Below are positions 45,728-55,143 of a stretch of 56,088 bases of DNA, piece by piece. Under the pieces are notes generated by a model that was not told the origin of the DNA, ran no database searches, and saw nothing but the letters and a program-made list of their open reading frames with translations. The DNA lies in assembly GCA_018645725.1 (NCBI GenBank), contig JABGWD010000145.1, positions 1-56,088 of the forward strand. The letters are read 5' to 3'. Both the position numbers and the translations under genes were made by a program. Each line of letters begins with the position of its first letter. Position 1 is the stretch's first letter. The DNA is from Opitutia bacterium. Its GTDB lineage: Bacteria; Verrucomicrobiota; Verrucomicrobiia; Opitutales; Seribacteraceae.

Positions 45728-47248
45728 ATGTATTATATCGGATTGGATATCGGTACCTCCTCGGTCAAGGCTCTGCTTGTTTCGGAAGAGGGGGAAGTCG
45801 TGGGTTCCGCAACGCCTGAGTATCCCTTTCAAACGCCCAAGCCCTTGTGGGCCGAAACGGACCCTGAAGTTTGGTGGGATGCCACCTGCAAGGCCATTCG
45901 CTCGTTGCTTGGTGAAGTCAAGGCGAGCGAAATAGCAGCCGTAGGTCTTACCGGGCAAATGCACGGAATGGTTGCTCTGGATTCCAAAGGGAAGGTTTTG
46001 CGCCCCTGCATCATGTGGAACGATCAGAGATCCTTTCGGGAATGCGATGAAATAACGCGGATGGTCGGAGAAAGTGAAATTCTTCGAATTACGGGCAATC
46101 CCGTTTTGGCTGGGTTTACGGCACCCAAGGTTCTTTGGGTCAAGAACAACGAACCGGAAGTCTACTCGAAGATCGCTAAGATTGTTCTTCCGAAGGATTA
46201 CGTGCGTTACAAGTTGAGTTCTGAATTCTTTACCGACGTTTCCGATGCCTCCGGCACGTCTCTCTTGGACGTTGGAAACCGCAAGTGGTCCTCTGAAATG
46301 CTCGATGCATTGGGTTGGCCCACTCAATGGATGCCGGAGGTAACCGAATCGACCGAGGCTACGGCAAAGGTATCGGAAGAAGCATCAACCTTGACCGGTC
46401 TGGCATCAGGCACGCCCATCATCGCAGGCGGTGGGGATCAAGCCGCTCAGGCAGTCGGATGCGGAATCGTAAGGGAGGGCATGGTTTCCGCAACGCTTGG
46501 CACGAGCGGAGTCGTGTTCGCCCAGAGTGACGAATACCGGGTGGAACCGAAAGGGAAGTTACATGCCTTCTGTCATGCCGTGCCGGGAAAATGGCATCTC
46601 ATGGGGGTAATGTTGTCGGCCGCGGGTTCCTTTCAATGGTACAAGAACCAACTTGGATCGGAGGAACAAAAATTGGAGGACAATGGCGGTCCCAATGCAT
46701 ACGATTCCCTGACTTCCTCCGCCGAGAGCGTACCGCCGGGCTCGGAAGGGCTGATTTTTTTGCCTTACCTTTCCGGTGAACGTACCCCTCATCCCGATCC
46801 TCACGCGCGCGGCTGCTTCATAGGCTTGAGTGTCCGCCACGAGAAGAAGCATCTCACGCGAGCCGTGCTTGAGGGCGTATCATTCGGCTTGAACGATTCT
46901 CTCGAGCTCATGAGGGACTTGGGGGTCAATCCCAAGGAAATCGTTCTTTCGGGTGGGGGCGCCCGGTCTACCCTGTGGAAGCAAATGTTGGCCGACGTTT
47001 TTTCCTCGAGATGCACGATGGTCAATGCATTGGAAGGAGCGGCCTATGGCGCGGCCGTTCTCTCTGCCGTCGGAAGCGGAGCCTTTGCCTCGGTCGAGGA
47101 TGCCTGTGACCAATGGATTAGGCAGACCGAAGCGGTCGAGCCGAGTGACGAGAGTCCGTCCTATGAGAAATTTTATTCGATTTACCGTTCCCTTTATCCG
47201 TCCCTGCAAGATACCTTTCGTTCCTTGGCCGACGACGCGTCTGCCTGA
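45728..47248 (+). CDS. xylB: Xylulokinase (FGGY family)
   Basis: IGLDIGTSSVK, GLTGQMHG, WNDQR, GFTAPK, PKDY, SDASGT, GGGDQAA, FLPYLSGERTP, GGGARS. Confidence 0.9.
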   Translation: MYYIGLDIGTSSVKALLVSEEGEVVGSATPEYPFQTPKPLWAETDPEVWWDATCKAIRSLLGEVKASEIAAVGLTGQMHGMVALDSKGKVLRPCIMWNDQRSFRECDEITRMVGESEILRITGNPVLAGFTAPKVLWVKNNEPEVYSKIAKIVLPKDYVRYKLSSEFFTDVSDASGTSLLDVGNRKWSSEMLDALGWPTQWMPEVTESTEATAKVSEEASTLTGLASGTPIIAGGGDQAAQAVGCGIVREGMVSATLGTSGVVFAQSDEYRVEPKGKLHAFCHAVPGKWHLMGVMLSAAGSFQWYKNQLGSEEQKLEDNGGPNAYDSLTSSAESVPPGSEGLIFLPYLSGERTPHPDPHARGCFIGLSVRHEKKHLTRAVLEGVSFGLNDSLELMRDLGVNPKEIVLSGGGARSTLWKQMLADVFSSRCTMVNALEGAAYGAAVLSAVGSGAFASVEDACDQWIRQTEAVEPSDESPSYEKFYSIYRSLYPSLQDTFRSLADDASA

Positions 47249-47266
47249 AACGGACGGTTTGAGTTT

Positions 47267-48007
47267 GTGAAAAACCCTTACGAATCCTCCCGATTGCTAG
47301 GCGAGTACCTGCTTTTTCACTATGGATCGAAAGAGGATTTGATGCCCTGGATGAACGGGCCGGCGAATGGGGTTGATTTTGCCTTGAGAACCGTTTCCGA
47401 ATTGATTGACCCCACGACATTGGGGATGGGTACGCATGCATTGGATCTAGGTTGCGCAGTCGGCCGGTCGACTTTCGAGCTGGCGAGTCATTGCTCGAAG
47501 GTCAAGGGCATCGACAATTCATCGTCTTTTGTAGAAGCAGCCAATGAACTTGTCGACAAAGGGTCGCTTTCCTATCGTTTCCGAGAGGAAGGCGACTTGT
47601 TCAAGGAAGCCGTTGCCCTTGTTCCTGAGAACCAAAGGAGCAAGGTCGTGTTCGAGATTGGGGACGCCTGCTCACTGTCCCCGTCCTTGGGTTACTTTGA
47701 CGTCGTCCATGCGGCCAATTTGCTTTGTCGCCTGCCGGATCCCAATTTGTTGCTCAATCGTCTGCCCGATCTTGTGAAACCCGGCGGGCAACTTCTGTTG
47801 GCAACCCCTTTCACTTGGCTGGAAGAATTTACGGCAAGGGAAAATTGGTTGGGCTCGGGCGATTCCGAGGAAGAGCTAACTCGTATCCTGAGCCCTGACT
47901 TCGAGCTTGAGGAAAAAAGGGAGATGCCCTTCGTCATCAGGGAACACAGAAGAAAATTCCAGTATTCCGTCGCTTTTGGTACGCGTTGGAGGAGACTCCA
48001 ACCTTGA
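47267..48007 (+). CDS. SAM-dependent methyltransferase resembling the OvoA C-terminal (4-mercaptohistidine N1-methyltransferase) domain
   Basis: NPYES..LLGEYLLFHYG, ALDLGCAVGRSTFELA, GDACSL, ANLLCRL, TPFTWLEEFT, MPFVIREHRRKFQ. Confidence 0.8.
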   Translation: MKNPYESSRLLGEYLLFHYGSKEDLMPWMNGPANGVDFALRTVSELIDPTTLGMGTHALDLGCAVGRSTFELASHCSKVKGIDNSSSFVEAANELVDKGSLSYRFREEGDLFKEAVALVPENQRSKVVFEIGDACSLSPSLGYFDVVHAANLLCRLPDPNLLLNRLPDLVKPGGQLLLATPFTWLEEFTARENWLGSGDSEEELTRILSPDFELEEKREMPFVIREHRRKFQYSVAFGTRWRRLQP

Positions 48008-48041
48008 TTCCTTCGATTAACTCTCCTAGTTCTCTTGGTGG

Positions 48042-48359
48042 ATGAACACCGTTAGCGATTTTCTTAGGGACCTTCAGGGAAGGGACAAGCCTTCGGATGC
48101 CTTGCCAGTCCACCTGAGGGCTCTTTGGTGGGCCCAAAAGGGAGATTGGGACACGGCGCACGATCTGGCACAGGATGCCGCTTCCCAATCGGGAGATTGG
48201 GTACATGCCTACCTGCACCGAGTAGAGGGTGATTTGGGCAATGCCGCCTATTGGTATAGGCGGGCAAATCAACCGGTCAAGGCACGGGAAAGTTTGGAGG
48301 AGGAATGGAAAGAATTGGTGACCTTCTTTCTGGAAAGCATTCAAGGGGGTGAGGAATGA
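48042..48359 (+). CDS. Conserved-type small helical hypothetical protein
   Basis: ALWW..KGDWD.AH..AQ, WVHAYLHRVEGDLGNAAYWYRRA; fills the gap within the operon. Confidence 0.8.
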   Translation: MNTVSDFLRDLQGRDKPSDALPVHLRALWWAQKGDWDTAHDLAQDAASQSGDWVHAYLHRVEGDLGNAAYWYRRANQPVKARESLEEEWKELVTFFLESIQGGEE

Positions 48360-48362
48360 TTG

Positions 48363-49601
48363 ATGGAGAACGCTAGGAAGAAGGACTTGTCTTCAGCCGA
48401 AATTGAATCCAAGGCCTATTTGGCGGAGGAAGACCGTTGGGACTTTTTTACCCCAATCAGCCTGCTTGTCCTTTGTACGATGAGCGTTCTTTTCATCCAT
48501 TCGGCCCAGGCATACGTAGGGGGCAATCAGTGGAAAATGCAGATCATATGGTGCATAATTGGTTTTTCCCTCTATTTGGCGGTTTCGGTTTTGGATTATC
48601 ACTTTTGGATGAAATTCGCTCATGTCTTTTACCTTTTGGCTGTCTTGGCCCTTTGCCTGGTTTTTTTCAATTCCGCGCTCTACGGGGCTCGTCGCTGGAT
48701 TGACTTTGGCTTATTCAAGATCCAACCGTCGGAGGGAGCCAAATGGGCCGCGATGGTTCTGGGCGCCAGTATTTTGGCGCGATCCCGAATTGGGGACGTT
48801 CGTGATTCGCTCAAGGGGATTTTGAAAATTTCCGCTTGTTTCGGTTTACCAATGTTCTTGATTTTCCTGCAACCCGACTTAGGATCGACTTTGGTTTTCC
48901 CACCCATTGCCTTTTCACTCTTGTACGTCGCCCGCATACCAACACGTTTTTTCGTAACCACTTTCCTTGTGTTCGTGGTTATGGTTGGGGTGCTCGGATA
49001 TGACGTCTTTCGCTACTATCAATATAAACTCGAGAATCCGCGTCCCTCCGAAGCCATTGAAGCTTACGAGGATACGTCTCTCTTACCACTCAAGGACTAT
49101 CAACGTAAACGCATACTTACCTTTCTTGCCCCTGAAGTCGAAGACCCCAATGGAGTCGGAGCAAACTGGAACCGCATCCAAGCCCTCATCGCCGTTGCCA
49201 CTGGTGGAATATCCGGCAAGGGATTGGGCGGCGGAATGCAGGCAAAGTTAGGTTATCTACCCAAGGCAGTCGCTCACAACGACTTTATCTTCGCGGTTTT
49301 GGCTGAGGAATCCGGCTTGCTGGGTTGCCTGCTCGCACTAGGTGCCTTCCTTCTCGTCATCTTCGGATGCCTGAAGGTTGCAGCCAAGGCATCCGACCGC
49401 TTTGGAGCCATGCTTGCCGTGGGCGTTTCCGTTTTGTTGATGATGCATGTCTTCATCAACGTTGGCATGACGATCGGAATCACTCCGATCACGGGCTTGC
49501 CCCTGCCTTTTCTCAGCTACGGGGGTTCCTTCCTTGTCACTTGCTTCGTTATGCTTGGGATGGTACAGAGCGTTTATCGGCACAGAATGGAATTCAGATG
49601 A
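48363..49601 (+). CDS. rodA: SEDS family peptidoglycan glycosyltransferase (RodA/FtsW)
   Basis: GARRWIDFG, IQPSE, QPDLGS, YQRKRI, LP..HNDFIF..LAEE.G, PITGLPLPFLSYGGS; upstream of RNase E/G as in typical rodA loci. Confidence 0.88.
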   Translation: MENARKKDLSSAEIESKAYLAEEDRWDFFTPISLLVLCTMSVLFIHSAQAYVGGNQWKMQIIWCIIGFSLYLAVSVLDYHFWMKFAHVFYLLAVLALCLVFFNSALYGARRWIDFGLFKIQPSEGAKWAAMVLGASILARSRIGDVRDSLKGILKISACFGLPMFLIFLQPDLGSTLVFPPIAFSLLYVARIPTRFFVTTFLVFVVMVGVLGYDVFRYYQYKLENPRPSEAIEAYEDTSLLPLKDYQRKRILTFLAPEVEDPNGVGANWNRIQALIAVATGGISGKGLGGGMQAKLGYLPKAVAHNDFIFAVLAEESGLLGCLLALGAFLLVIFGCLKVAAKASDRFGAMLAVGVSVLLMMHVFINVGMTIGITPITGLPLPFLSYGGSFLVTCFVMLGMVQSVYRHRMEFR

Positions 49602-49670
49602 GCTGTTTAAGTTTGGCTTCTTTGATTCTTTTGCCGGTCACGGGTCGTGGATTCTCCACTACCAACCAAA

Positions 49671-51452
49671 ATGGCCAGAAACACCAAACGTCGCCCTCAT
49701 TACTCAAAGCGTAGAAGAAATCGAAGTTCTTCTCCCTCTCCCGAAAGCGGTTCCTCCTCGGAGGACATGTCTTGTCCACCGGTCGAGCCCAAACCCATTC
49801 ATATCGACAAAAGGGAATTGCGGGAAGCGGCTCTTGAGAGAGCCAAGAAAAGACCTATTCGTGAGAGATTCAAAGCTCTTTTCCGCCGCGAAACCAACAA
49901 GGATTACAAGGAGCTGATCATCAATACGGAGGCCCTCGAAAGAAGGGTGGCCATGATGGAGAATGGGATTCTTCAGGGATTCGACGTCGAACGTCTCGAC
50001 GAGGACCGAATGGTGGGAGCGATTTTCAAAGGGAAAGTTCAAAACCTCGAAGCCGGGCTCAAAGCCGCCTTTGTTGACATTGGGCAGGAGAAGAATGCCT
50101 TTCTCCATTATTGGGATATGCTTCCCGGTGCCAACAACGATCCCTCGATCGAGATTGTCCGCGAGAACAAGCGGAAAAACCCGAATCGTACGGAAGCAAA
50201 ATCCGTAAAGGACATTCCCCGGGCTTTTCCGGTGGGTTCGGAAATCGTCGTTCAGATTACCAAGGCCCAAATTGGAAGCAAAGGTCCCCGGACCACCACC
50301 AATCTTTCCCTTCCCGGACGTTTTCTCGTTCTTATGCCCTATTCCGGTCAATGCGGAATTTCGCGCAAGATTGAAGACAAGGCGGAGCGGGCCAGGTTAA
50401 AACGCATTATCGGCAACCTGCCCCTGCGCGAAGGCATGGGCATAATCATCCGTACGGTGGGCCAGGAAAAGCCGGAAAAGTTTTTTGACCGGGATTTGCA
50501 TATCCTCTTGCAAAAGTGGGATGAAATCGAGGCAAAGATGAATTCCCAAAAGAGTCCTGCCTTTCTTTACGAAGAACCCGATTTGATCGGACTGACAGCA
50601 CGGGATTTTCTTACCGACGACATCGATCGCGTGCAAGTCGACAAGAAGGACGATTACAACAACTTGATCGAGACGATCCAACGGATCTCGCCCAAGTCCA
50701 AGTCAAAAGTCACTTTCTTCGACGAGGAAATCCCAATCTTCGAGAGGTTTAACGTCGAGCGACAGATCGAACAAACTTTCATGCGACGGGTGCTCCTTCC
50801 TTCGGGCGGTGAAATCGTGATGGAGGAAACGGAAGCCTTGGTTTCGATCGACGTCAATACCGGGAGTCACAAGGGTGACCGCAAGGATGGAAAGAACTTC
50901 ATTCTGCAGGCCAACGTGGAAGCGGCCATGGAAGTCGCCCGTCAAATGCGTCTTCGCAACCTGGGCGGGTTGGTCATCATCGACTTCATCGACATGAAGA
51001 ACAAGGGCGACCAGAGAAAGGTTTTCACCAAAATGAAATCCGCTATGGCCGATGACAAAGCCAAGCACAACATTCTTCCCATTTCGCAACTCGGAATCAT
51101 GCAGATCACCCGTCAGCGTCATGACGAAAGCAAGTCCAGCGGCGTATACGAGGCTTGTCCATACTGCACGGGTCGAGGGATCGTCAAGTCACCCCGGGCA
51201 GTCAGTATTGAAATTCAGCGCAAGGTTACCAATATGGTGCGGCGTTTCCGGATGGAGGAGGGCAAGGAAGATTTGACTCTGAAGGTATTTCTTCACCCAA
51301 GCGCTCTGAGGAGGCTGCGGGGACCCGATTCGGCTCTTCTGGACCGGTTGGAGAGAAACTACGGTCTCCAGTTGTCCTTCGAGGCGGCCGAGACCTATCA
51401 TGTTGAAAATTACAAGGTGATAGACGAATCCAACGGCAAGGAAATACGCTGA
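49671..51452 (+). CDS. Ribonuclease E/G family
   Basis: S1 motif [40 protein letters not shown], Zn-link CPYCTGRG; start 49647 or 49671. Confidence 0.95.
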   Translation: MARNTKRRPHYSKRRRNRSSSPSPESGSSSEDMSCPPVEPKPIHIDKRELREAALERAKKRPIRERFKALFRRETNKDYKELIINTEALERRVAMMENGILQGFDVERLDEDRMVGAIFKGKVQNLEAGLKAAFVDIGQEKNAFLHYWDMLPGANNDPSIEIVRENKRKNPNRTEAKSVKDIPRAFPVGSEIVVQITKAQIGSKGPRTTTNLSLPGRFLVLMPYSGQCGISRKIEDKAERARLKRIIGNLPLREGMGIIIRTVGQEKPEKFFDRDLHILLQKWDEIEAKMNSQKSPAFLYEEPDLIGLTARDFLTDDIDRVQVDKKDDYNNLIETIQRISPKSKSKVTFFDEEIPIFERFNVERQIEQTFMRRVLLPSGGEIVMEETEALVSIDVNTGSHKGDRKDGKNFILQANVEAAMEVARQMRLRNLGGLVIIDFIDMKNKGDQRKVFTKMKSAMADDKAKHNILPISQLGIMQITRQRHDESKSSGVYEACPYCTGRGIVKSPRAVSIEIQRKVTNMVRRFRMEEGKEDLTLKVFLHPSALRRLRGPDSALLDRLERNYGLQLSFEAAETYHVENYKVIDESNGKEIR

Positions 51453-51462
51453 ACGGCTTGGC

Positions 51463-52647
51463 ATGCGAATACTTGCCGCCTTTGACAAATGCAAGGATTC
51501 CTTTTCCGCAGAGGACTTGTGTGCCCTCGTCCGTAAAAGAATAAACAAACGTTCCCAAGACATATCCGTTCGTTGCCTTCCCCAAACGGATGGTGGCGAA
51601 GGTTTTGTGTCCATTCTGACCCTCGCCAAGGGAGGAGAGTTACGAACCGTCGAGGCACTGGATTCACTTGGTCGCAACCGTCCGGTCTCAATAGGCTTGC
51701 TTGCCATCGAGGGCTTGAGTGAAGAGGTCATCGGCCTTCTCCGCCTTCCTCCGAAAGGAAAAATTGCCTTGATCGAGATGGCATCGATCGTGGGTTTGGC
51801 AGACTTGAAAGCCGAGGAACGAAATCCCTGGAAAACCGCTACGGTTGGGGTCGGGGAATGCCTGCGCGAATGCAGGGAATGGGGCGTTTCCGCAATCTTG
51901 CTTGGAATCGGCGGAAGCTCGACCAATGATATGGGGCTGGGTGCCTTGAACTCATTGGGCGTTCGTTTTCTTGATGAGAACAATAACAGCATTGATTTCC
52001 CTAGTCCGGAAACCTGGGATTCGATCCACTCGGTCGATTCCTCGGCCCTTCTCTCTCTCCCCCCCATGACAATTGCCTGTGACGTGAGAAATCCTCTGCT
52101 TGGCGTAAACGGAGCTACCGTCCAATTCGGTCCGCAAAAGGGTCTTCGGATCGAGGACAAGGAAACAATGGAGGGCAAGATGACTGAGATGGCGCGGTTT
52201 TTGGAACAAAGTTTTCCGGATGCAAAGGGGAGGGGCGGACTTCCGGGAATGGGAGCAGCCGGGGGAATCGGCTTTGGTCTTTCTTTGGCTTGCGGGGTCT
52301 CCATGACAGGTGGCTTTTCACTTGTTTCCAAATGGTTTGAACTTGAATCGGAAATTGCCGGAAGCGACCTTGTTCTGACCGGAGAAGGACGCTTTGACGA
52401 GACTTCCCTGGCAGGCAAAGCCCCCTGTGAAATTCTCCGCATGGCGGAGAAAAAGGGAAAACGATGCGTTTTGTTGGCCGGTTCCGTTCAGGCCGATGCC
52501 GCTTTGCGTTTTCGTGAGGAGAACCCACTTGCGGAAATTCACGCTTTTGGACGGGAAGAACTGTCCTTGGAGGAAAACCTTGCCCGTGCGGAAGAGTTTT
52601 TTCTAGGCAAACTTGACGAAGTAATCGGAGATCTTTATTCGAATTAA
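51463..52647 (+). CDS. Glycerate kinase (GlxK/GarK family)
   Basis: AFDKCKDS, DGGEG, IGGSSTND, DVRNPL.G, FGPQKG, GAAGG, TGEGRFD. Confidence 0.92.
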   Translation: MRILAAFDKCKDSFSAEDLCALVRKRINKRSQDISVRCLPQTDGGEGFVSILTLAKGGELRTVEALDSLGRNRPVSIGLLAIEGLSEEVIGLLRLPPKGKIALIEMASIVGLADLKAEERNPWKTATVGVGECLRECREWGVSAILLGIGGSSTNDMGLGALNSLGVRFLDENNNSIDFPSPETWDSIHSVDSSALLSLPPMTIACDVRNPLLGVNGATVQFGPQKGLRIEDKETMEGKMTEMARFLEQSFPDAKGRGGLPGMGAAGGIGFGLSLACGVSMTGGFSLVSKWFELESEIAGSDLVLTGEGRFDETSLAGKAPCEILRMAEKKGKRCVLLAGSVQADAALRFREENPLAEIHAFGREELSLEENLARAEEFFLGKLDEVIGDLYSN

Positions 52648-52649
52648 AG

Positions 52650-53258
52650 GTGAGCAAGGAAACCGACAGGGATCAAAAAGAGGTTGATCAAGCCGAGATA
52701 GAAGCCAAGTACAGGCGGATCCGACGTCTGAAGAAATGGATGCGCCCTTTGCCCCGCCGTTCCAACGTCCATCGTTACCCAGTCTTGAAATGGTTTTCGA
52801 AGATCGCATACGACCGTTCCTATCTTTGGTCGTTCAAGGGCAATGCCATCATTGCCGCGCTTTTTTGGGGTATGTGGATTGCTTTTTTACCGGTTGTCGG
52901 GATTCAAATGTTGATCGTTTTTTTCGTAGCGCTCGGAGTGCGGGCAAACTTGCCCTTGATCGTTGCCCTGCAATGGATTTCGAACCCTTTCACGGTAGCG
53001 CCAATCTATTTTGCCGACTACGAGATTGGGTTGACGCTCCTTGATTTGTTTGCAATCGACTACCCCCGAAACGAGATACTGACGGCCGAATATGATTGGG
53101 CTGAATTCGAATTTTCCCGAATGGGCACACTCGTGGACACTTTTCCGCCCATGTTTCTTGGAGGTTCCGTATTGGGGATTTCCCTCGGTGTCCTGTCGGT
53201 CTTTCTTTACAAAGGTTTGGCCAAGCTTTACAAGTCGCCAACCACGCAAAGCCAATGA
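52650..53258 (+). CDS. DUF2062 membrane protein
   Basis: G..IAFLP..GIQ, RANLP, WISNPFT.APIY...Y.IG. Confidence 0.85.
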   Translation: MSKETDRDQKEVDQAEIEAKYRRIRRLKKWMRPLPRRSNVHRYPVLKWFSKIAYDRSYLWSFKGNAIIAALFWGMWIAFLPVVGIQMLIVFFVALGVRANLPLIVALQWISNPFTVAPIYFADYEIGLTLLDLFAIDYPRNEILTAEYDWAEFEFSRMGTLVDTFPPMFLGGSVLGISLGVLSVFLYKGLAKLYKSPTTQSQ

Positions 53259-54532
53259 ACATGAAGTTGAATAAAAAAACCGTCCCCTTTTGTCTTGTCC
53301 TGTTCGCGTTGAACCTTCTTTGCTTCGGTGCCTTCACCTTGACAGGCAAGCCCTCGATCAAGCTGGGAGTCGACTACCTGGAGGAGACCGGTTTTGAGAT
53401 TTTGAAGGGCAAGCGATGTGGTTTGCTTACCCATCCGGCTGGAAAAAACGGAAGAGGGCAAAGTACGGTCGGGGTACTTTACCGCTCAAGGGTGGTGAAC
53501 TTAGTCGCCTTGTTCGGTCCCGAACACGGAATTTATGGAGACGAGAAGGCATCGGTTCCGGTAGATGACAAAATAGATGCCCGAACCGGGTTGCCCGTTT
53601 ATTCGCTCTACGGCAAATTTCGCAGGCCCACGGCCAAGATGCTTGCCGGCTTGGATTGCCTGGTGATCGATCTGCAGGACGTGGGGGTACGTTGCTACAC
53701 TTACGTCAGTTGCATGAGATACGTCATGGAGGCCTGTTTTGAGGCAGGAGTCGAAGTGGTCGTGCTCGACCGACCGAATCCGCTGGGGGGACTGAAGGTG
53801 GCCGGTCCGCCCATGGATGAGAAATGGATGAGTTACGTGGGCGCCTTCCGGATGCCCTTCGTTCACGGCATGACGATTGGTGAAATCGCCTTGTGGTCGA
53901 AGAAAAGCGAAGGGGTGCTCAAGACCTCGACCGCTTTTCGAAAAAAAGGAAAACTCTCCATCGTTCCGATGATTGGATGGAAGAGAAGCATGACTTGGCC
54001 GGAAACAGGTCTTGTTTGGTCCCCGACTTCGCCCAACATACCGACTCTGGATTCGGTCGCGGGATATCCGATGACTGGCCTTGGGGCTCAGATGGGTCGT
54101 TTCAAGCATGGCATTGGAACCCCACATCCCTTTCGTTTTCTTACTTTTGAGGGCAAGGCGCCCGAGGAAGTCAAAGGGGCTCTCGAATTCTTTCGTCTTC
54201 CCGGACTTTCCTACAAGATCAAGACGTTGCGGAATTCCTCCGGCAAGGACGTTCGAGGCGTATACCTCGTCATCAGCGACTGGAATGCATGGAAACCCAC
54301 CTACCTCCCCTTTTACATGATGAAGCTTTCGGCCCTTTGGGAAACGCCCAGTCCTTTTCCCAAGGCAAAGGAGATCAAAGCGGCTCTTTTCAACAAACAC
54401 GTTGGTTCGAGCTGGTGGTGGGAAGAATTGTTGAGCAAAGGAGGCAGGATCGACCCCACACCTTTCTTGGTCGAGTGGGAAAAGGATGCTTCGAATTTCC
54501 GTAGGCTCGTAAGTCCTTACCTTCTTTATTGA
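53255..54532 (+). CDS. namZ: Exo-beta-N-acetylmuramidase NamZ (DUF1343) family
   Basis: Signal peptide; LFGPEHG, VYSLYG, DLQDVGVRCYTY, VLDRPNP, HGMTIGE, TSPNIP, terminal YLLY. Confidence 0.88.
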   Translation: MNMKLNKKTVPFCLVLFALNLLCFGAFTLTGKPSIKLGVDYLEETGFEILKGKRCGLLTHPAGKNGRGQSTVGVLYRSRVVNLVALFGPEHGIYGDEKASVPVDDKIDARTGLPVYSLYGKFRRPTAKMLAGLDCLVIDLQDVGVRCYTYVSCMRYVMEACFEAGVEVVVLDRPNPLGGLKVAGPPMDEKWMSYVGAFRMPFVHGMTIGEIALWSKKSEGVLKTSTAFRKKGKLSIVPMIGWKRSMTWPETGLVWSPTSPNIPTLDSVAGYPMTGLGAQMGRFKHGIGTPHPFRFLTFEGKAPEEVKGALEFFRLPGLSYKIKTLRNSSGKDVRGVYLVISDWNAWKPTYLPFYMMKLSALWETPSPFPKAKEIKAALFNKHVGSSWWWEELLSKGGRIDPTPFLVEWEKDASNFRRLVSPYLLY

Positions 54533-54534
54533 AC

Positions 54535-55008
54535 CTAGCGGGCAAAGTCTTCTTGCGACAAGATTCGCAAACGGTGTCTTGACAAAGCTTCCTCTGCCGT
54601 GTCCTCATCCTCCATCGCGATAGCCAATACGGGTTTTTGATTGGGTTGATAAAGGAAAGGGTAGACGTAATGGATGTTGATTTCAGCATGCAAGAGTGAC
54701 TGCGTAATGCTTTGAAGGGAACTCTGCCCCTCAATCTCAACGGCCAAAACCTTTCTTTCCGTAAAGCTGATGGAACGCGATTTGAGCAACCTCGCCGTTT
54801 CCTTCGGATAATTCGGTATCAGTCGTATCACCGCCGAATCGGTGGTATCGAGGACCGAAATCGCCATGACGTGAATATCCTCCGCCATCAGCATCTCGAG
54901 AAAGTCGTTCAGCCACCCGACTTTGTTTTCCGCATAAATGACGAATTGCCGGATTGTCTCTTTTCCGGGGTTGCGAAGAGTGGAAATCGGATTGTCGGGG
55001 TCAGTCAC
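54535..55008 (-). CDS. Tandem ACT-domain protein
   Basis: QF.IYAENKVG.L, DTTDSAVIRL, VLAVEI, INIHYVY. Confidence 0.85.
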   Translation of the reverse strand: MTDPDNPISTLRNPGKETIRQFVIYAENKVGWLNDFLEMLMAEDIHVMAISVLDTTDSAVIRLIPNYPKETARLLKSRSISFTERKVLAVEIEGQSSLQSITQSLLHAEINIHYVYPFLYQPNQKPVLAIAMEDEDTAEEALSRHRLRILSQEDFAR

Positions 55009-55143
55009 TTGAGGCGGGGATAAGTGTTCGCGTCATGGTTGGGAAAAGTATCAACCGGAGTGTTGGTGGGATCTGCGTTTTGGGAAGGTTTGCCTCATTG
55101 CGCGCTTGCAAGGCTTATCCATTCGAGTAATAAGTATTGGAAC

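Noticed and set aside
51189-52442. 417-aa antisense ORF, and similar ones at 12583-13605, 2136-3047, 43346-44281 and 53501-54400
   Set aside because: All overlap well-supported genes on the other strand and have atypical composition.
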